A DNA stretch of 44,187 nt from a virus (Duplodnaviria; Caudoviricetes): IMG/VR virus record IMGVR_UViG_3300044513_001233, positions 1 through 44,187 of that record, one strand, 5' to 3'. The notes under the pieces are model-generated. The model saw nothing but the letters and a program-made list of their open reading frames with translations. It ran no database searches and had not been told where the DNA came from. Both the position numbers and the translations under genes were made by a program. Below are positions 1 to 8,891 of the stretch, in pieces. Within the stretch, counting starts at the first letter, position 1. Each line of letters starts with the position of its first letter.

Positions 1-179
1 CTGCTGCTGTGAGGCTAATTAAAGCCACCTGCTCGGAGTGCCCCGTTAAACAGCAGTGCGCTGATTACGGGGACAGAGAGCGTTTTGGGTTCTGGGGTGG
101 AATGGGCACTATTGCCAGAAGGCGACGTAGGAACGCTAAAGAGCAATAACCCACTACACATGTAGGTTTAAAATGAGGC

Positions 180-458
180 ATGACCTCAGATGCAGAAACC
201 CGACAAATAGTAATGGTTACTTGGGAAGACGCCCACGCTGAGACCACCAGCGGGTGGTTGTCTGAGTTAGACGTTAGCGTAGAACCCTACACAGTACAAT
301 CTGTAGGCATTTTACTACCAGTTGAAACTAAGCCGGGTCACGTATCTATTTGCCAAAGTTACGCTTACGGTTTTGTCGACACTGTTTTACACGTACCGTG
401 TGCAATGGTCACAGAGGTGACCACTCTGGAAGTAATCTCAGTATCTGAAGATAATTAG
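180..458 (+). CDS. Small conserved phage hypothetical protein (VxWxDA-type)
   Basis: 92 aa ORF with VMVTWEDAH...W...VQSVG motif typical of a small phage beta protein; TAAAAT at 169-174 just upstream of the ATG. Confidence 0.7.
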   Translation: MTSDAETRQIVMVTWEDAHAETTSGWLSELDVSVEPYTVQSVGILLPVETKPGHVSICQSYAYGFVDTVLHVPCAMVTEVTTLEVISVSEDN

Positions 459-787
459 CGTTCAGGTACGTATACCTGAGACCCCACTAGATCCTCAACC
501 TGCACACCACCATTCCACGTGTAAAACTTTTTGTAGTAGATATGGGGGGGATCGTGGGGATACATCCTCTGTAAGAGAGTTTTAATAGACTCCCTATCTT
601 GCACAACAGTGCGGCGACCTTTTTTATTGGGAACTTTAATCTTTTCTGAAGGCTCCCAATTAGATTCAAGGTTGTTCTTGGTCAGCACCGTGTACAGGTT
701 ACCGTCAGAGTACACATCCTCAGCAACTGATCTGGGAGTGTCCCCTTCTTTCAAGGTGTATACACCTACGTTAACGTGCTCTACCAT
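455..787 (-). CDS. LysM-like domain protein
   Basis: YTLKEGDTPRSVAEDVYSDGNLYTVL...KIKVP matches the LysM pattern and a second degenerate repeat follows; start moved from 862 to ATG 787 because SD AAGGAGG lies at 798-804 on the minus strand. Confidence 0.7.
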   Translation of the reverse strand: MVEHVNVGVYTLKEGDTPRSVAEDVYSDGNLYTVLTKNNLESNWEPSEKIKVPNKKGRRTVVQDRESIKTLLQRMYPHDPPHIYYKKFYTWNGGVQVEDLVGSQVYVPER

Positions 788-801
788 AGACCTATTGCCT
801 C

Positions 802-859
802 CTTGTTGGCCCTTTCCGCGCCTGCGGCGCGGCCCCGGCGAAGCCGGGGAAGGGACAAG
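802..859. other. Y-shaped structured element (two GC hairpins on a common stem)
   Basis: CCGCGCC-tgc-GGCGCGG (816-832) and CCCCGGC-gaa-GCCGGGG (833-849), closed by CCCTT/AAGGG (810-814/850-854) and CTTGT/ACAAG (802-806/855-859). Confidence 0.8.
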
Positions 860-899
860 CACCCATAGGTACTTTTCTCGGGGTCAACCTATGGTTTCC

Positions 900-930
900 A
901 TTTTAGCAATCTGTAATGCGGCCTTGTCAA
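900..930 (-). promoter_or_regulatory. Sigma70/SigA-type promoter for the LysM gene
   Basis: Minus strand TTGACA (930-925), 19 nt spacer ending in TGC, then TAAAAT (905-900). Confidence 0.55.
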
Positions 931-952
931 GGGGTATCGCCAGAAATCTCTG

Positions 953-961
953 TGCTAGCAT
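953..961 (+). promoter_or_regulatory. Extended -10 promoter motif TGCTAGCAT
   Basis: TGnTAnnnT in the intergenic gap ahead of the gene run that starts at 998. Confidence 0.45.
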
Positions 962-997
962 TTACCTCATTACCGGTGAGTAACTAGCGAGGTCGCC

Positions 998-1117
998 ATG
1001 GAACAGTGCGAATGGTGTGGTGGCGAGATGCGCCCCGAACACGCCCATTACAAATGTACCGAATGCGGCCAGCGAGACAGTTGCTGTGATGGAGGGGAGT
1101 GCTCACCTCGTGGCTAA
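998..1117 (+). CDS. 39-aa Cys-rich zinc-finger microprotein (not in ORF track)
   Basis: MEQCEWCGGEMRPEHAHYKCTECGQRDSCCDGGECSPRG*; two CxxC pairs plus CC; SD GAGGT at 989-993; stop overlaps the next gene. Confidence 0.75.
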   Translation: MEQCEWCGGEMRPEHAHYKCTECGQRDSCCDGGECSPRG

Positions 1118-1496
1118 AAACATTGACTACAAAGTAAGTCGCGGTGAAAAGTGGGAACGCCTCATTGTCATCAAAGACGAGCGCACTCACCGCAAACGGC
1201 CTGTCACTCAGTGCGCCGCATCGGTACTGATTGACGGTACTAAATATGTTCTCCCTACGGAGATCACTTCCGAAGGTGCAGTTCTTTTAGAGATGACGGC
1301 GGCAAACACTGAATGGTTGACGAACGGCACCTACACTTGGGACCTCGTCGTAACAGTGAGCAGTTCGGCCCTGTTGACGTCGACCCCGTTAGTGCAGACT
1401 GTTGCTGCGTTTGGTAATCTTGTGGTCAGCACTTACGACAATATAACTCCGATGGATTCCGATGGAGTAACGTCTGCTCTAGAGGTAGTCGCATGA
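1110..1496 (+). CDS. Small virion structural protein, Ig-like beta-sandwich (BppU/LtfC-like)
   Basis: DYKVSRGEKW...TYTWDLVV...GNLVV resembles 10907-11260; probable GTG start at 1110 after GGAGGGGAG. Confidence 0.55.
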   Translation: MAKNIDYKVSRGEKWERLIVIKDERTHRKRPVTQCAASVLIDGTKYVLPTEITSEGAVLLEMTAANTEWLTNGTYTWDLVVTVSSSALLTSTPLVQTVAAFGNLVVSTYDNITPMDSDGVTSALEVVA

Positions 1497-1702
1497 CTTG
1501 GTACGAGGTTCTTGCTCTTCTCAGCGCCCCCGGTGGCATCATCGTCGCTTTGATCGAGAAGACAAGACGGGAAAACAACAGGGACCACGCTAAGAACGCC
1601 GAGTTACTTCACAGGATTGACGGCAAAGTAGATAAGATTGACACCAGACTGGATCACCACATAGAATGGCACTTGGACAAGGACAATGAGCGACGAGTTT
1701 GA
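1493..1702 (+). CDS. Small membrane protein with N-terminal TM helix and coiled coil (possibly lysis-related)
   Basis: Hydrophobic N-terminus then RIDGKVDKIDTRLDHHIEWH; ATGA overlap with the upstream gene. Confidence 0.6.
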   Translation: MTWYEVLALLSAPGGIIVALIEKTRRENNRDHAKNAELLHRIDGKVDKIDTRLDHHIEWHLDKDNERRV

Positions 1703-2099
1703 TTATCAGAACCCTCAACAGGGTACATCTGGACGGCGTTTACGTAGGCAGTTTGGAGACCCCGGCACAGGTCAGGGGTCGTTTGACCTAGACGTTGTCG
1801 GTAGAGGAGCGGGCGGTTTTGGGGATGCTGGGGCAAGCCAAGTAGTCACCTTTCCCAGTTCTAGCCGGTGTGCCGCAACCCGCTACCACTATGGCGGTAG
1901 CAAGTTGTTGATGACGTGGACTAACGGAAAGACTCCTTGGATTTACCACGACGTTCCGGTAACCATTTATCAAACCTTTGTGTCTTCTCCTTCAAAGGGG
2001 CGGTTCGTCAACAGTACTCTGAACAACTTCGCTCACAACAAGATTTATCCGGGTGAAGAATACGCAGAGTTTGTGTACGGAGCGATGCCCAGCGCATGA
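1686..2099 (+). CDS. KTSC domain protein
   Basis: YHDVPVTIYQTFVSSPSKGRFVN matches the KTSC signature (Y..VP...Y..F....SKG.F.N). Confidence 0.8.
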   Translation: MSDEFDYQNPQQGTSGRRLRRQFGDPGTGQGSFDLDVVGRGAGGFGDAGASQVVTFPSSSRCAATRYHYGGSKLLMTWTNGKTPWIYHDVPVTIYQTFVSSPSKGRFVNSTLNNFAHNKIYPGEEYAEFVYGAMPSA

Positions 2100-2464
2100 T
2101 CTGGATAGCAGCCGCTCTTGCTACTTGTGTTGGTGCTTACTTCTTGTTTCGAGACACACTCAATAAGTTGCAGTACATTAAGACTTTTAGGCTGTACTGG
2201 ATTATTAGAGATGATTACCCACCGCACACTCCTATAGTTTCTCGTGGCAACATGTATCAGACTGGTCCCCCTTGGTGGCAGGGCACCGGTGTACAAGTCC
2301 GCGTCGGTAAGTACCTGTTTCAAGTAGGGGTGTTGCTACGCCGGGGTAACAGCCTGCTGGATCAGTTAGGTGGAAGGTACTTAGAAGACTCGCCAAAAGA
2401 ACTGAGAGAATGGAACAATGCGAAAAAAGACAAAGACGACGTCGACAGCACAGCGTCACATTGA
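2096..2464 (+). CDS. Hypothetical membrane-anchored protein
   Basis: N-terminal TM segment; ATGA coupling. Confidence 0.65.
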   Translation: MIWIAAALATCVGAYFLFRDTLNKLQYIKTFRLYWIIRDDYPPHTPIVSRGNMYQTGPPWWQGTGVQVRVGKYLFQVGVLLRRGNSLLDQLGGRYLEDSPKELREWNNAKKDKDDVDSTASH

Positions 2465-2669
2465 CCCTTCTTACTTAAAAAGGGCAGAGTCAGTCGACAC
2501 ACAGCAGTTGAGAGAGTACCTAGACTCATCAGTAGTTGCTTTGCATCAAGCAGTTGATCAATGGAGATACCATAAAGGCCAACCAGAAGATGTCAATCTG
2601 TGTCTTGACGCTATAATTGCAATGTGGTCTGTACTAGAGAGTCGGGCAGGTAATAATGAGCATTTCTGA
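2418..2669 (+). CDS. Hypothetical protein
   Basis: 83 aa helical ORF overlapping both neighbours in operon fashion. Confidence 0.6.
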   Translation: MRKKTKTTSTAQRHIDPSYLKRAESVDTQQLREYLDSSVVALHQAVDQWRYHKGQPEDVNLCLDAIIAMWSVLESRAGNNEHF

Positions 2670-4221
2670 CACTGAAGAAGTTGAGTATTCAGATTACCAA
2701 GAAGAATATGAAGTAGAACTCGATGAGACAACTGCTGAGTTTGTTGAAGATCTAGTAAACAAGTTACTGGTATTTATTCAGACGTTCTGTGATACTGAGT
2801 TCTTCCCCTATCAGATTCCGATTGCGCAAAGCATCGTTGAGTCTATTGTTCTGGGAGATGGTGAGGAGAAGACACTCATTGCCACGCGTCAGTCCGGTAA
2901 GTCGGAAGTTATCTCGAACATCATTGCTGGTCTTATGGTCATTCTTCCTCGTCTCTCAAACGTGTACCCAACGTGGTTGAAGAAATTTGAAAAAGGTTTT
3001 TGGGTTGGGGTGTTCGCTCCCACCGAGGATCAGGCCGATACCGTGTTCGGTAGAGTAGTTAGTAAGTTGACGAGTGAGCACGCTCTAGAGTTTTTGCTAG
3101 ACCCAGAGATTGACGACAAAGCAACTGCTGGTGGGTCTAGAGGTAAGGGCAAGATCATCACCTTGAAGAAGTCTGGCTCACACTGCCGTATGCAGACCTG
3201 TAACCCAAAGGCCAAGATCGAATCGAAGACGTACCACTTCGCCTTCATTGACGAGGCGCAGGAAGCCGACGAGACAATGATCGCTAAGTCGATTAAGCCC
3301 ATGCTCGCATGGAACAACGGAAGTATTGTCCTAGGCGGTACTGCTCAGCGATACAAGTCTTACTTCTACAACGCCATTCAGTACAACAAGCGTCGGGACA
3401 TCAACAGTCGCACTCACAAGATCCATCATCACGAGTACGACTGGCGCACGGCTGCTAAGTACAACAAAAACTACAACGACTTCATTGCTAAAGAGAAGTT
3501 GCGTATTGGTGAGGACTCTGACGAGTTTCAGATGTCGTACTGCAATCGTTGGATGCTCGAAAAGGGAATGTTCGTAGCAGAGGACAGGTTGGACCGCTTG
3601 TACGACCCAAGTATGCCCCTAGTCCAAGAGTGGTGGAAGACCCCCATCGTCGTTGGTATTGACGTGGCCCGTACAAATGACAGCACTGTGATTACCCCTG
3701 TCTGGGTTGACTGGGACCACCCTGACCCCTTTGGTTTCTACGAGCACCGTGTGTTGAATTGGCACGAGATCAACAACGTCGAGTGGGAGTCTCAGTACTT
3801 TGAAATTATCGACTTCCTACGTAACTACGATGTCCTAAGAGTAGGAGTAGACGCGCAAGGCGTTGGTGGTGCCGTCGCTGAGCGCCTACAGATTCTTATG
3901 CCTCAGATTGAGGTCATACCTGTTTCTTCTGACGCTAAAACTCAAAATGATAGATGGACCCACTTAACCCAGTTGATACAGCGTGAGCAGTTGATCATTC
4001 CCGGTCATAGTAAGGCTCGCCGCACTAAAAGGTGGAAGAAGTTCAATCAGCAGATGTCTGACCTTGAAAAAGTCAATCGTGGGCCATACATGCTCGCTGC
4101 TGCACCTGACGAGCGTGGGGCGTTTGACGACTATCCAGACTCTCTCGCTATTGCTTGTGCTATGACGGTACAGGACGTAATGCCTACCGTGAACGTATAC
4201 GAAAACCCGTTCTTTGAATAA
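2656..4221 (+). CDS. terL: Terminase large subunit
   Basis: Walker A ATRQSGKS, Walker B FAFIDEAQ, RNase H-type nuclease motifs VGIDVA..NDST and DDYPDS. Confidence 0.95.
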   Translation: MSISDTEEVEYSDYQEEYEVELDETTAEFVEDLVNKLLVFIQTFCDTEFFPYQIPIAQSIVESIVLGDGEEKTLIATRQSGKSEVISNIIAGLMVILPRLSNVYPTWLKKFEKGFWVGVFAPTEDQADTVFGRVVSKLTSEHALEFLLDPEIDDKATAGGSRGKGKIITLKKSGSHCRMQTCNPKAKIESKTYHFAFIDEAQEADETMIAKSIKPMLAWNNGSIVLGGTAQRYKSYFYNAIQYNKRRDINSRTHKIHHHEYDWRTAAKYNKNYNDFIAKEKLRIGEDSDEFQMSYCNRWMLEKGMFVAEDRLDRLYDPSMPLVQEWWKTPIVVGIDVARTNDSTVITPVWVDWDHPDPFGFYEHRVLNWHEINNVEWESQYFEIIDFLRNYDVLRVGVDAQGVGGAVAERLQILMPQIEVIPVSSDAKTQNDRWTHLTQLIQREQLIIPGHSKARRTKRWKKFNQQMSDLEKVNRGPYMLAAAPDERGAFDDYPDSLAIACAMTVQDVMPTVNVYENPFFE

Positions 4222-4253
4222 CGGCTAAAAACAAGCGACACATTTCTATGGGG

Positions 4254-4262
4254 TGCTACTAT
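4254..4262 (+). promoter_or_regulatory. Extended -10 promoter motif TGCTACTAT
   Basis: Intergenic, upstream of SD GGAGG and ATG 4298. Confidence 0.5.
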
Positions 4263-4297
4263 TGACTCGTACAACCCTACATGGAGGTCACATCCTT

Positions 4298-4711
4298 ATG
4301 GACATGAATCCGACAATCGCCCCGCAGAACCCGTACCCGGAAGCAATGCGTAACGTTTTCGAACGTACCATGGCTCCGAGCATTCCCGGTAACCGTGGTC
4401 CACTTCGATTCCAAGAAGGAGTCGCTACTGAGACTGAGGTTACTTACGACTTTGCTGAAGGCGCTTACATGGACACCGCTTCGGCTCCTAGCCGCCAGAA
4501 CCACAACAACCGTGATATGTTCTACAAGCCTGCAGAGCAGACTATGCAAGAACGTGCTCACGTTGGTTCCGCCGCTTGGATCGAGTCGCCAGACGTTCTT
4601 TCTGACTTTGTTCAGGGTTCGGTTGCTGGTGACGGTATGCCTCGCTTCGAGACCGCTTACAACTCTGGCGCACACATGAACCGTCCTAACGCGGTTCGTG
4701 TCGACGGCTGA
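4298..4711 (+). CDS. Phage hypothetical protein (possible virion protein)
   Basis: GGAGG SD precedes ATG 4298; codon style resembles the capsid gene; GPLRFQEGVAT and ERAHVGSAAW motifs. Confidence 0.75.
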   Translation: MDMNPTIAPQNPYPEAMRNVFERTMAPSIPGNRGPLRFQEGVATETEVTYDFAEGAYMDTASAPSRQNHNNRDMFYKPAEQTMQERAHVGSAAWIESPDVLSDFVQGSVAGDGMPRFETAYNSGAHMNRPNAVRVDG

Positions 4712-4947
4712 TGAATTCAGGCGGCGGTTCTACCGCTGCCGGTTCCACCGCACCGGGAGGAGGCACCTCCTCTTCCTCCCCCGTTGCTGACGCCGACGCT
4801 GGCTTGGGGACTAGTGACGATGGTTTGACTGAGACAGGTGCTTTACCCTTGCCGGTCGCTCCTTACGCTCTAGTTTCGGGATACCCAAGCCAGCGTCGGC
4901 GTTGCTTTGTTGAGGGCTACGACAACTGCCGTCGTTCTAGCCGATGA
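4711..4947 (+). CDS. Possible low-complexity hypothetical protein
   Basis: TGATG coupling supports it, but it overlaps a 9-bp hairpin and may be non-coding. Confidence 0.3.
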   Translation: MNSGGGSTAAGSTAPGGGTSSSSPVADADAGLGTSDDGLTETGALPLPVAPYALVSGYPSQRRRCFVEGYDNCRRSSR

Positions 4948-5191
4948 TGACTTGACGGTAGTAGGGGTTTTCTTCTCGCTCTTCGTCCCACCCCGGTCCG
5001 GTCTCTCTGAGTACACCGCAACCTAGGAGGATGTCGTCAAACATGAGCATTACAGCCGCTAGGCGTTCCGTTGACTCTCTAGCCCCATTGGGGTCAGATG
5101 GGTCTGCTGAAAAGAATGCTTCAATGTTTTCCACAACCGCTCGGCAACCGCGACCTGTCATGGTGATTTTTGCGTCGTCGAAGTTATCCAC
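4937..5191 (-). CDS. Hypothetical protein
   Basis: GTG start at 5191 preceded by SD GAGGT and a minus-strand TGGTACTAT (5228-5220). Confidence 0.6.
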   Translation of the reverse strand: MDNFDDAKITMTGRGCRAVVENIEAFFSADPSDPNGARESTERLAAVMLMFDDILLGCGVLRETGPGWDEEREENPYYRQVIIG

Positions 5192-5251
5192 ACTTACCTC
5201 TCTTGTATATCCACAGGCCATAGTACCATTACTGGCTATGGTAGAGGACTA

Positions 5252-5281
5252 TTGACCTAAGACACCCATAACATCTAGTAT
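5252..5281 (+). promoter_or_regulatory. Sigma70-type promoter
   Basis: TTGACC-18 nt-TAGTAT upstream of SD AAGGAGG (5301-5307). Confidence 0.55.
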
Positions 5282-5313
5282 GGTATAGGTGTACCTACCC
5301 AAGGAGGACTCGC

Positions 5314-6054
5314 TTGGGAATAAAGATTCTAACCATCGACATAGAGACCCGCCCCAACCTTGCTTATGTTTGGGGTCTCTGGGATCAGAATGTTGGCCTC
5401 AACCAAATTGAGGAGACTGGCTCTGTTATTTCTTGGGCCGCTAAATGGCACGGTGAAAAAAAGGTTTACTTTGCTAGCGACTACCACGACGGTCACTCAG
5501 AGATGGTGAGGCGTGCTTGGGAGTTATTGGACGAAGCAGATGCGGTAGTTGGTTACAACAGCAAAGCATTCGACATGAAGCATCTGAATAGGGAGTTTGT
5601 TCTGGAGGGTTACCCCCCTCCTTCTCCTTATGTAGACATCGATCTCCTCAACGTGGTTAAGCAGAGGTTTAAATTTACTAGCAACAAACTTCAGCACATC
5701 GCCACCGAATTGGGCATCGGTTCCAAACTTCAACACGACGGTTTTGACTTGTGGTTAGCCTGTATGAAAGGTGACGCAAAGGCTTGGCGAATCATGAAGA
5801 AGTACAACATGCAAGATGTTGTTTTGACAGAGCAGGTGTATGAACGTTTGTTGCCTTGGATTAAGGCTCATCCTCATCGCGGTCTCTATGGGGGTAACCC
5901 CGAAGCGTGTCCAAGGTGTGGGCATGATGACGTAGTCAAGCGTGGTTTCGCTCATACTCGTACTGCTTCGTATCAAGTAGTACATTGTAAGAAGTGCGGC
6001 GGCTATAGTCGTACAAGTAAAGCAGAGAACCGTGTTAAGAGCACGAGTGTTTAG
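5314..6054 (+). CDS. RNase H-fold (DnaQ/DEDD-type) exonuclease with C-terminal zinc ribbon
   Basis: ILTIDIET, GYNSKAFD and YNMQDV exonuclease motifs; CPRCG...CKKCG. Confidence 0.85.
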   Translation: MGIKILTIDIETRPNLAYVWGLWDQNVGLNQIEETGSVISWAAKWHGEKKVYFASDYHDGHSEMVRRAWELLDEADAVVGYNSKAFDMKHLNREFVLEGYPPPSPYVDIDLLNVVKQRFKFTSNKLQHIATELGIGSKLQHDGFDLWLACMKGDAKAWRIMKKYNMQDVVLTEQVYERLLPWIKAHPHRGLYGGNPEACPRCGHDDVVKRGFAHTRTASYQVVHCKKCGGYSRTSKAENRVKSTSV

Positions 6055-6062
6055 GAGTAGGC

Positions 6063-6365
6063 ATGGCTGAAAATAAAGACAGTAAGTCAAAGTACACCCG
6101 AGGAGGTATTACCTTTGAGGGCTACAACAAGCCCAAGAAGACCCCCGGTCACTCAACGAAGTCGCACGCAGTGCTGGCCAAGGAAGGCGATCAGGTCAAG
6201 TTGATCCGCTTTGGTGAGCAAGGAGCAAAGACGGCAGGAAAGCCGAAGTCTGGAGAGTCTGACAAGATGAAAAAGAAGCGTGCTTCATTTAAGGCCCGCC
6301 ATGGTGCCAACATCAAGAAGGGCAAGATGAGCGCCGCATACTGGGCAGACAAGGTGAAGTGGTAA
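6063..6365 (+). CDS. Small Lys-rich basic protein
   Basis: KLIRFGEQG...SFKARH...SAAYWADKVKW; SD AGGAG. Confidence 0.8.
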   Translation: MAENKDSKSKYTRGGITFEGYNKPKKTPGHSTKSHAVLAKEGDQVKLIRFGEQGAKTAGKPKSGESDKMKKKRASFKARHGANIKKGKMSAAYWADKVKW

Positions 6366-6628
6366 TGGCTCCCCGTAAAACGGACAGCCCCCGCAAAAGC
6401 GCTCAGTACTACAGGAACAATCCTGAGGCTAAAGCAAAAAAGGCTGCTACTGACAAGAAGGTCAACGATAAGCCTGAGCAGAAAGAAAAGCGCCGCGAAC
6501 TCGCCTCTGAGCGTCGCAAACGGGGTGTTATGGGTAAGGGTGGTAAGGATATGTCCCATACCAAAGACGGCAAGATCGTTGCCGAAGATTCCAGCACTAA
6601 CCGAGCACGTAACCGAGGAAAGAAATAA
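6365..6628 (+). CDS. Small Lys/Arg-rich basic protein
   Basis: TAATG coupling at both ends; KDMSHTKDG...NRARN is reminiscent of a degenerate HNH-like element. Confidence 0.75.
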   Translation: MAPRKTDSPRKSAQYYRNNPEAKAKKAATDKKVNDKPEQKEKRRELASERRKRGVMGKGGKDMSHTKDGKIVAEDSSTNRARNRGKK

Positions 6629-6843
6629 TGGCTGCCAAGAAGCCTGCCAAGAAGGCAGCAAAGAAGAAGACCGAGTCCAAGGTAAACGAGGCTGGTAACT
6701 ACACCAAGCCTGCCCTACGCAAACGCCTCTTCAACGAGATCAAGGCTGGCAGTAAAGGCGGCGACGCCGGAGAGTGGTCAGCCCGCAAGGCACAGATGCT
6801 GGCTAAGCGCTACAAAGAAGCCGGTGGAGGGTACAAGGACTGA
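6628..6843 (+). CDS. Small Lys-rich basic protein (DUF5872-like N-part)
   Basis: NYTKPALR...GEWSARKAQMLAKRYKEAGGGY. Confidence 0.75.
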   Translation: MAAKKPAKKAAKKKTESKVNEAGNYTKPALRKRLFNEIKAGSKGGDAGEWSARKAQMLAKRYKEAGGGYKD

Positions 6844-7103
6844 TGCCAAAGAAAGCACCTCAAAAGAGTCTAGATAACTGGACCAAAGAAGAGTGGGGTA
6901 CCAAGTCTGGTAAGAACTCCACACAGGGCAAGGGCGCTACTGGTGAGCGTTACATGCCGAAGAAGGCTCGCGAAAAGTTAAGTGCCTCCGAATATAAGGC
7001 TACCAGCGACAAAAAGCGTGCTGGTGACAAGAAGGGAAAGCAGCATGTTCCTAACACCCCTGCTGCAAAGAAAGCCACAAAGAGCAGTCGTATTAAAAAG
7101 TAG
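6843..7103 (+). CDS. Small Lys-rich basic protein (DUF5872-like C-part)
   Basis: QKSLDNWTKEEWGT...TGERYMPKKA...GKQHV; TGATG coupling. Confidence 0.75.
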   Translation: MPKKAPQKSLDNWTKEEWGTKSGKNSTQGKGATGERYMPKKAREKLSASEYKATSDKKRAGDKKGKQHVPNTPAAKKATKSSRIKK

Positions 7104-7105
7104 TC

Positions 7106-7114
7106 TGCTATTCT
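7106..7114 (+). promoter_or_regulatory. Extended -10 promoter motif TGCTATTCT
   Basis: In the 44-nt gap before the portal gene. Confidence 0.5.
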
Positions 7115-7147
7115 TTGTTGTGTACGTACATCTGACAGGAGCACGTA

Positions 7148-8839
7148 GTGCCTATTGATTTCTGGTCACCAAGTTACAGGGCTAGTTCTAGCGACCTAAC
7201 GGTCGCTATTTCTCCGCTTGGTCTAGTTGAACTTGCTGACGAGGAATTTGAGATTCATGGTCCTCGCCTTAACCGCTATGCGGCATCTTGGGCTTGGTAC
7301 TTAGGGCACCATTGGTCTCATCGTAGGGAGATGGGTGAGCAAAACACCGCCCTTAACTACGTACGAACCATGTCAGACTACATTACTAACTTTTGTTTTG
7401 GTAAAGGCGTTCAGTTCAAGACATCTGAAGCAAACGCCGCAATCATTCCTTACTTGTTGCAGAAAGTTTGGGAAGTAGATAACCATAAAGAAAAAGTACT
7501 GTGGGAGATGGGTCAGTTAGCCGGTATTACTGGTGACTGCTTTGTCAAGGTTGCCTACGAGGCTCCGTACGAAGACGCCCTAGGTATTGTGCAGGAAGGG
7601 AAGACTCGGTTAATTCCTCTGAATCCAGCCTACTGTTTTCCTGAGTACCACCCGCATGACAGAGACCGTATTTTGCGCTTCAAACTGAAGTACCGTTTCT
7701 GGGGCACCAGCCCTGAAGGTACTCGTCAGGTTTACACTTTTACCGAGATTCTTACTGACGAAACTATCGAGCAGTACGTTAACGACGAACTTATCGATCA
7801 GTACGACAACCCAATCGGTAAAGTTCCTGTTGTACACATTCCTAATGTGAGCATTTCTTCTTCACCGTGGGGTCAGTCTGACATTTGGGACATCATCCCT
7901 CTTAACCGCGAGTTGAACGAAAAGGTCACTGAGATCTCGGACATCATCAACTACCACAGCGCCCCCGTGACCATCATCACTGGAGCAAAGGCTTCTCAGT
8001 TGGAGCGTGGAGCAAAGAAGGTGTGGGCAGGTCTTCCTAAGGATGCTCGTGTCTATAACTTAGAGTCTAAAGGTGAGATGGCTGGCGCTATGGAGTACAT
8101 GGCACTAATTAAGCAAGCCATGCACGAAATCACCGGTGTACCAGAGACTGCGCTGGGCAAGACGCAGCCCATTTCTAATACTTCCGGGGTTGCCCTCGCC
8201 ATTCAGTACCAGCCCATGATGAACCGTTACTACATGAAGCGGACGCACTTTACTAAGGGCTTGATTCAGTTGAACGAACTAATCATTCGTACACAGGCTG
8301 TTCACGAACCAGAGACGCTTCAGTGGAATCCGGCAGAGGCAACATACCCCGAACCAGATCAGTTACAGATATTGGACCCTCGCGACCCCGCTACCTATAG
8401 AACAGCCATTCACTGGCCTGACCCGCTACCTGTTGACCAGTTGATCAAGTTGAACGAATTGCAAGCCAAGATGGCTATGGGTCTTGAGTCTAAGCGTGGT
8501 GCTTTGAGGGCACTGGGAGAAGAGTTCCCCAACGACAAGATGGCTGAAATCTCAGAAGAACTTCGAGACGACGCAATGGATCAAGGTGCTTTGGAGTTGA
8601 TTAACGCACAGATAGCAGCATCTGTTATGGCTATCACAGGAATGGTCTCACCGGATGGCGCTCAGCCTTCTGGAGAAACGCGGAGCGCAGGCGGCTCCGA
8701 CGTAACATCTGCCGGTTCCGCAGAAGAGGAATCGGGAGTAATGCCGGGGATTAGCCCCTCCGGCGACGTAGTAAATCAATTGGTGCAGCGGGCATACGGA
8801 GCCAACTTGGCTCAACGACGTGTGCCTGACAACGGTTAA
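7148..8839 (+). CDS. Portal protein (SPP1 gp6-like)
   Basis: NPIGKVPVVHIPN...WGQSDI, GVPETALG, SNTSGVAL motifs; size and position before scaffold and capsid genes. Confidence 0.9.
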   Translation: MPIDFWSPSYRASSSDLTVAISPLGLVELADEEFEIHGPRLNRYAASWAWYLGHHWSHRREMGEQNTALNYVRTMSDYITNFCFGKGVQFKTSEANAAIIPYLLQKVWEVDNHKEKVLWEMGQLAGITGDCFVKVAYEAPYEDALGIVQEGKTRLIPLNPAYCFPEYHPHDRDRILRFKLKYRFWGTSPEGTRQVYTFTEILTDETIEQYVNDELIDQYDNPIGKVPVVHIPNVSISSSPWGQSDIWDIIPLNRELNEKVTEISDIINYHSAPVTIITGAKASQLERGAKKVWAGLPKDARVYNLESKGEMAGAMEYMALIKQAMHEITGVPETALGKTQPISNTSGVALAIQYQPMMNRYYMKRTHFTKGLIQLNELIIRTQAVHEPETLQWNPAEATYPEPDQLQILDPRDPATYRTAIHWPDPLPVDQLIKLNELQAKMAMGLESKRGALRALGEEFPNDKMAEISEELRDDAMDQGALELINAQIAASVMAITGMVSPDGAQPSGETRSAGGSDVTSAGSAEEESGVMPGISPSGDVVNQLVQRAYGANLAQRRVPDNG

Positions 8840-8891
8840 TTATTTGGAATCTATTTAAGACATATAAGCAAGACCAAGTGAGGTATTAGTA

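Noticed and set aside
1-179. tRNA or other RNA gene in the leading non-coding stretch
   Set aside because: No cloverleaf, T-loop motif or other recognisable structure seen by eye
788-862. N-terminal extension of the LysM ORF (start 862) and the overlapping plus-strand ORF 609-983
   Set aside because: These frames run through the GC hairpin element; the SD supports the ATG at 787
4720-4740. GGCGGCGGT-tct-ACCGCTGCC hairpin as a terminator
   Set aside because: No U-tract and it lies inside a possibly real coupled ORF; cannot be decided from sequence
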